64,000 bases of DNA from Candidatus Saccharimonadales bacterium (GTDB lineage Bacteria > Patescibacteriota > Saccharimonadia > Saccharimonadales > DATKHC01). The stretch covers positions 24,153-88,152 of the forward strand of contig JBBQBA010000001.1 in assembly GCA_038317055.1 (NCBI GenBank). The letters are read 5' to 3'. Positions within the stretch are counted from its first letter, which is position 1. Each line of letters opens with the position of its first letter. Shown here one piece after another: positions 62,800 to 64,000 of this stretch. A model generated the notes under the pieces. It saw only the letters and a list, made by a program, of their open reading frames with translations. It ran no database searches and was not told where the DNA came from. The position numbers and the translations under genes were made by a program.

Positions 62800-64000
62800 C
62801 TATTTAGAACTCATAGTTACATTGAGTTGATGAATACCAGCTGAGTATTGCTCTGGATTATGCAAAGTTTTGTCATTCGGGGTTTTGAAATTGTAATTAT
62901 AGTTATGATTGGGCTTTATGTTACTTAAGAGATATTGTCCACTTGCATTGGTTGTTGTTGAACCAGCCAGACCGACACTAACAGTGACTCCTGCAATTGG
63001 AGCTTTCGTAACACTATCAGTTACGGTACCGTAAACATAAGTAACTGCTGGGTTTATTACTGCAGTTGTTGTAGTACTAGCTGTAGTAGAATTTGTGGAT
63101 TTATTACCGGTGGTATCATAAGCAACTATATAGTAGCTATATATAGTGTTTCCACTTACACTAGAATCAATATAACTTGTTGCAGTTGGTGAGACGAAGG
63201 CTAATCCAGATCCATTTCGATAAAGTACGTATGCCACCAATCCAACATTGTCTGTGCTCGCAGTCCAATGAAGGCTTATTTGCCCATTTCCAACGGGTAG
63301 AGCACCTAGATTTGTTGGCTGAGAAGGCGGAGTTGTATCAGGAGTCTTTGGTGTAGTTACGGTTGTGGGTGCAGAAGATATTGATACATTAACCGGATTA
63401 CTTATATCGTAAGCTTCAACCGTATAGCTATATGTCGTATTTGGTTGAAGATTAGTGTCTGTAAATGAATTGATGTTTGAAGAATTAACGCGAGTATAGG
63501 CACCTCCACCGGTGCTTCGTAGGATATAGTATCCAGCTATCCCAGGACCACCATTATCATTGCTTGCATTCCAAGTTAGCCCAACACTAGTTGAACTCTT
63601 AGCACTAGAATTAAGTCCAGCAGGAGTACTTGGTAACACTACAGGCTGACCAGTCGTACAATTGACACCTGTTCCGGTTGGTACACAACTATTATCGGCG
63701 AGTAAGAGTATGTTGTCGATAATTACTCCTGGTTGAGTGCCAATTAACTCTAAACTATGGTTACCAGATGATAGCGATGCAGTCATAGTTTGTGTTGTAA
63801 CAGCATTTTGATAGTTTACCCATGTCCAAGTATTAACTGGCATCGAACTGTTGCCACCTACGTCATAACAATTAGAACCATCGACTTGAAGCTTTATAGT
63901 ATTACTTGTAATTGCTGGGATCTTCATACGAACCCAAACAGAGTAGGTAGTAGTGCTAGGAACAGCAGCTGTCATTGTGTCAGTCCCGTAAGTTGTAGTA
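62800..64000 (-). CDS. partial surface protein: CBM/lectin-like domain, two FN3 domains, CarboxypepD_reg-like domain (5' end outside the window)
   Basis: The frame stays open to the window edge (..TTYGTDTMTAAV). FN3 motifs are GLTWNAS..YYILR..TYSYTVEAYD and SLHWTAS..YVLYR..IYSYYIVAYD. VYGTVTDSVTKAPIAGVTVSV..NASGQYLLSNI is present. Confidence 0.7.
   Translation of the reverse strand, partial: TTTYGTDTMTAAVPSTTTYSVWVRMKIPAITSNTIKLQVDGSNCYDVGGNSSMPVNTWTWVNYQNAVTTQTMTASLSSGNHSLELIGTQPGVIIDNILLLADNSCVPTGTGVNCTTGQPVVLPSTPAGLNSSAKSSTSVGLTWNASNDNGGPGIAGYYILRSTGGGAYTRVNSSNINSFTDTNLQPNTTYSYTVEAYDISNPVNVSISSAPTTVTTPKTPDTTPPSQPTNLGALPVGNGQISLHWTASTDNVGLVAYVLYRNGSGLAFVSPTATSYIDSSVSGNTIYSYYIVAYDTTGNKSTNSTTASTTTTAVINPAVTYVYGTVTDSVTKAPIAGVTVSVGLAGSTTTNASGQYLLSNIKPNHNYNYNFKTPNDKTLHNPEQYSAGIHQLNVTMSSK

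Noticed and set aside
1-64000. Alternative genetic code (UGA recoding, as in some CPR lineages)
   Set aside because: Standard-code translation already yields full-length LeuS (859 aa), LigA (673 aa), CyoB (661 aa) and others, without truncation. There is no need to invoke recoding.

Overview
The window is visibly AT-rich and densely packed with genes. It has no rRNA, CRISPR array, transposase or integrase, and standard-code translation gives full-length housekeeping proteins. The gene content points to a small-genome, monoderm-type bacterium. A Patescibacteria/CPR lineage, possibly Saccharibacteria-like, is plausible, but this is inference from gene content only, with no rRNA to confirm it.

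Layout:
- (1) 0.6-11.9 kb: a cell-surface block. It holds a 986-aa modular fibre/adhesin, a five-gene Csc/WxL-like surface-complex locus, a PKD-domain protein, a GH16-like hydrolase and a CBM-like protein.
- (2) 12-15.5 kb: a lipid-carrier glycosylation trio (GT2, GT-C and a UPF0104 flippase-like protein).
- (3) 16-19 kb: small genes, including a second Ddl-like ATP-grasp enzyme, an RRM protein and a DUF/SHOCT pair.
- (4) 19-24.9 kb: a polyprenyl synthase divergent from a complete cyoABCDE quinol-oxidase operon.
- (5) 25-31 kb: proteins with L(P/S)NTGPG sorting signals, plus membrane proteins.
- (6) 31.6-37.2 kb: an MFS transporter, an FAD-linked oxidase and NDH-2.
- (7) 37.2-50.7 kb: one long minus-strand run. 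In order it carries a sortase-like protein lacking His/Arg, a hypothetical gene, SodX, NiSOD, trmD, a KH protein, rpsP, rnc, NUDIX, nusB, rpmF (missing from the ORF track), leuS, ddl, a membrane-anchored MurF-like ligase, a hydrolase and a hypothetical gene.
- (8) 50.8-57.8 kb: tRNA-Ala, ligA, an htpX/Tim44-like/lemA block, tRNA-Val and tRNA-Leu.
- (9) 57.8-60.9 kb: a collagen-like, tail-fibre-like gene pair with no signal peptides.
- (10) 61-64 kb: a second FAD oxidase and a partial FN3/CBM-like surface protein.

Most interesting candidates:
- the Csc/WxL-like locus with degenerate WxL domains
- the Cys-only sortase homologue with its L(P/S)NTGPG substrates
- the tRNA-adjacent collagen/fibre pair
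- the membrane-anchored MurF-like ligase
- the NiSOD cassette sitting where rplS is expected

All calls rest on reading motifs by eye. No database search or computation was run.
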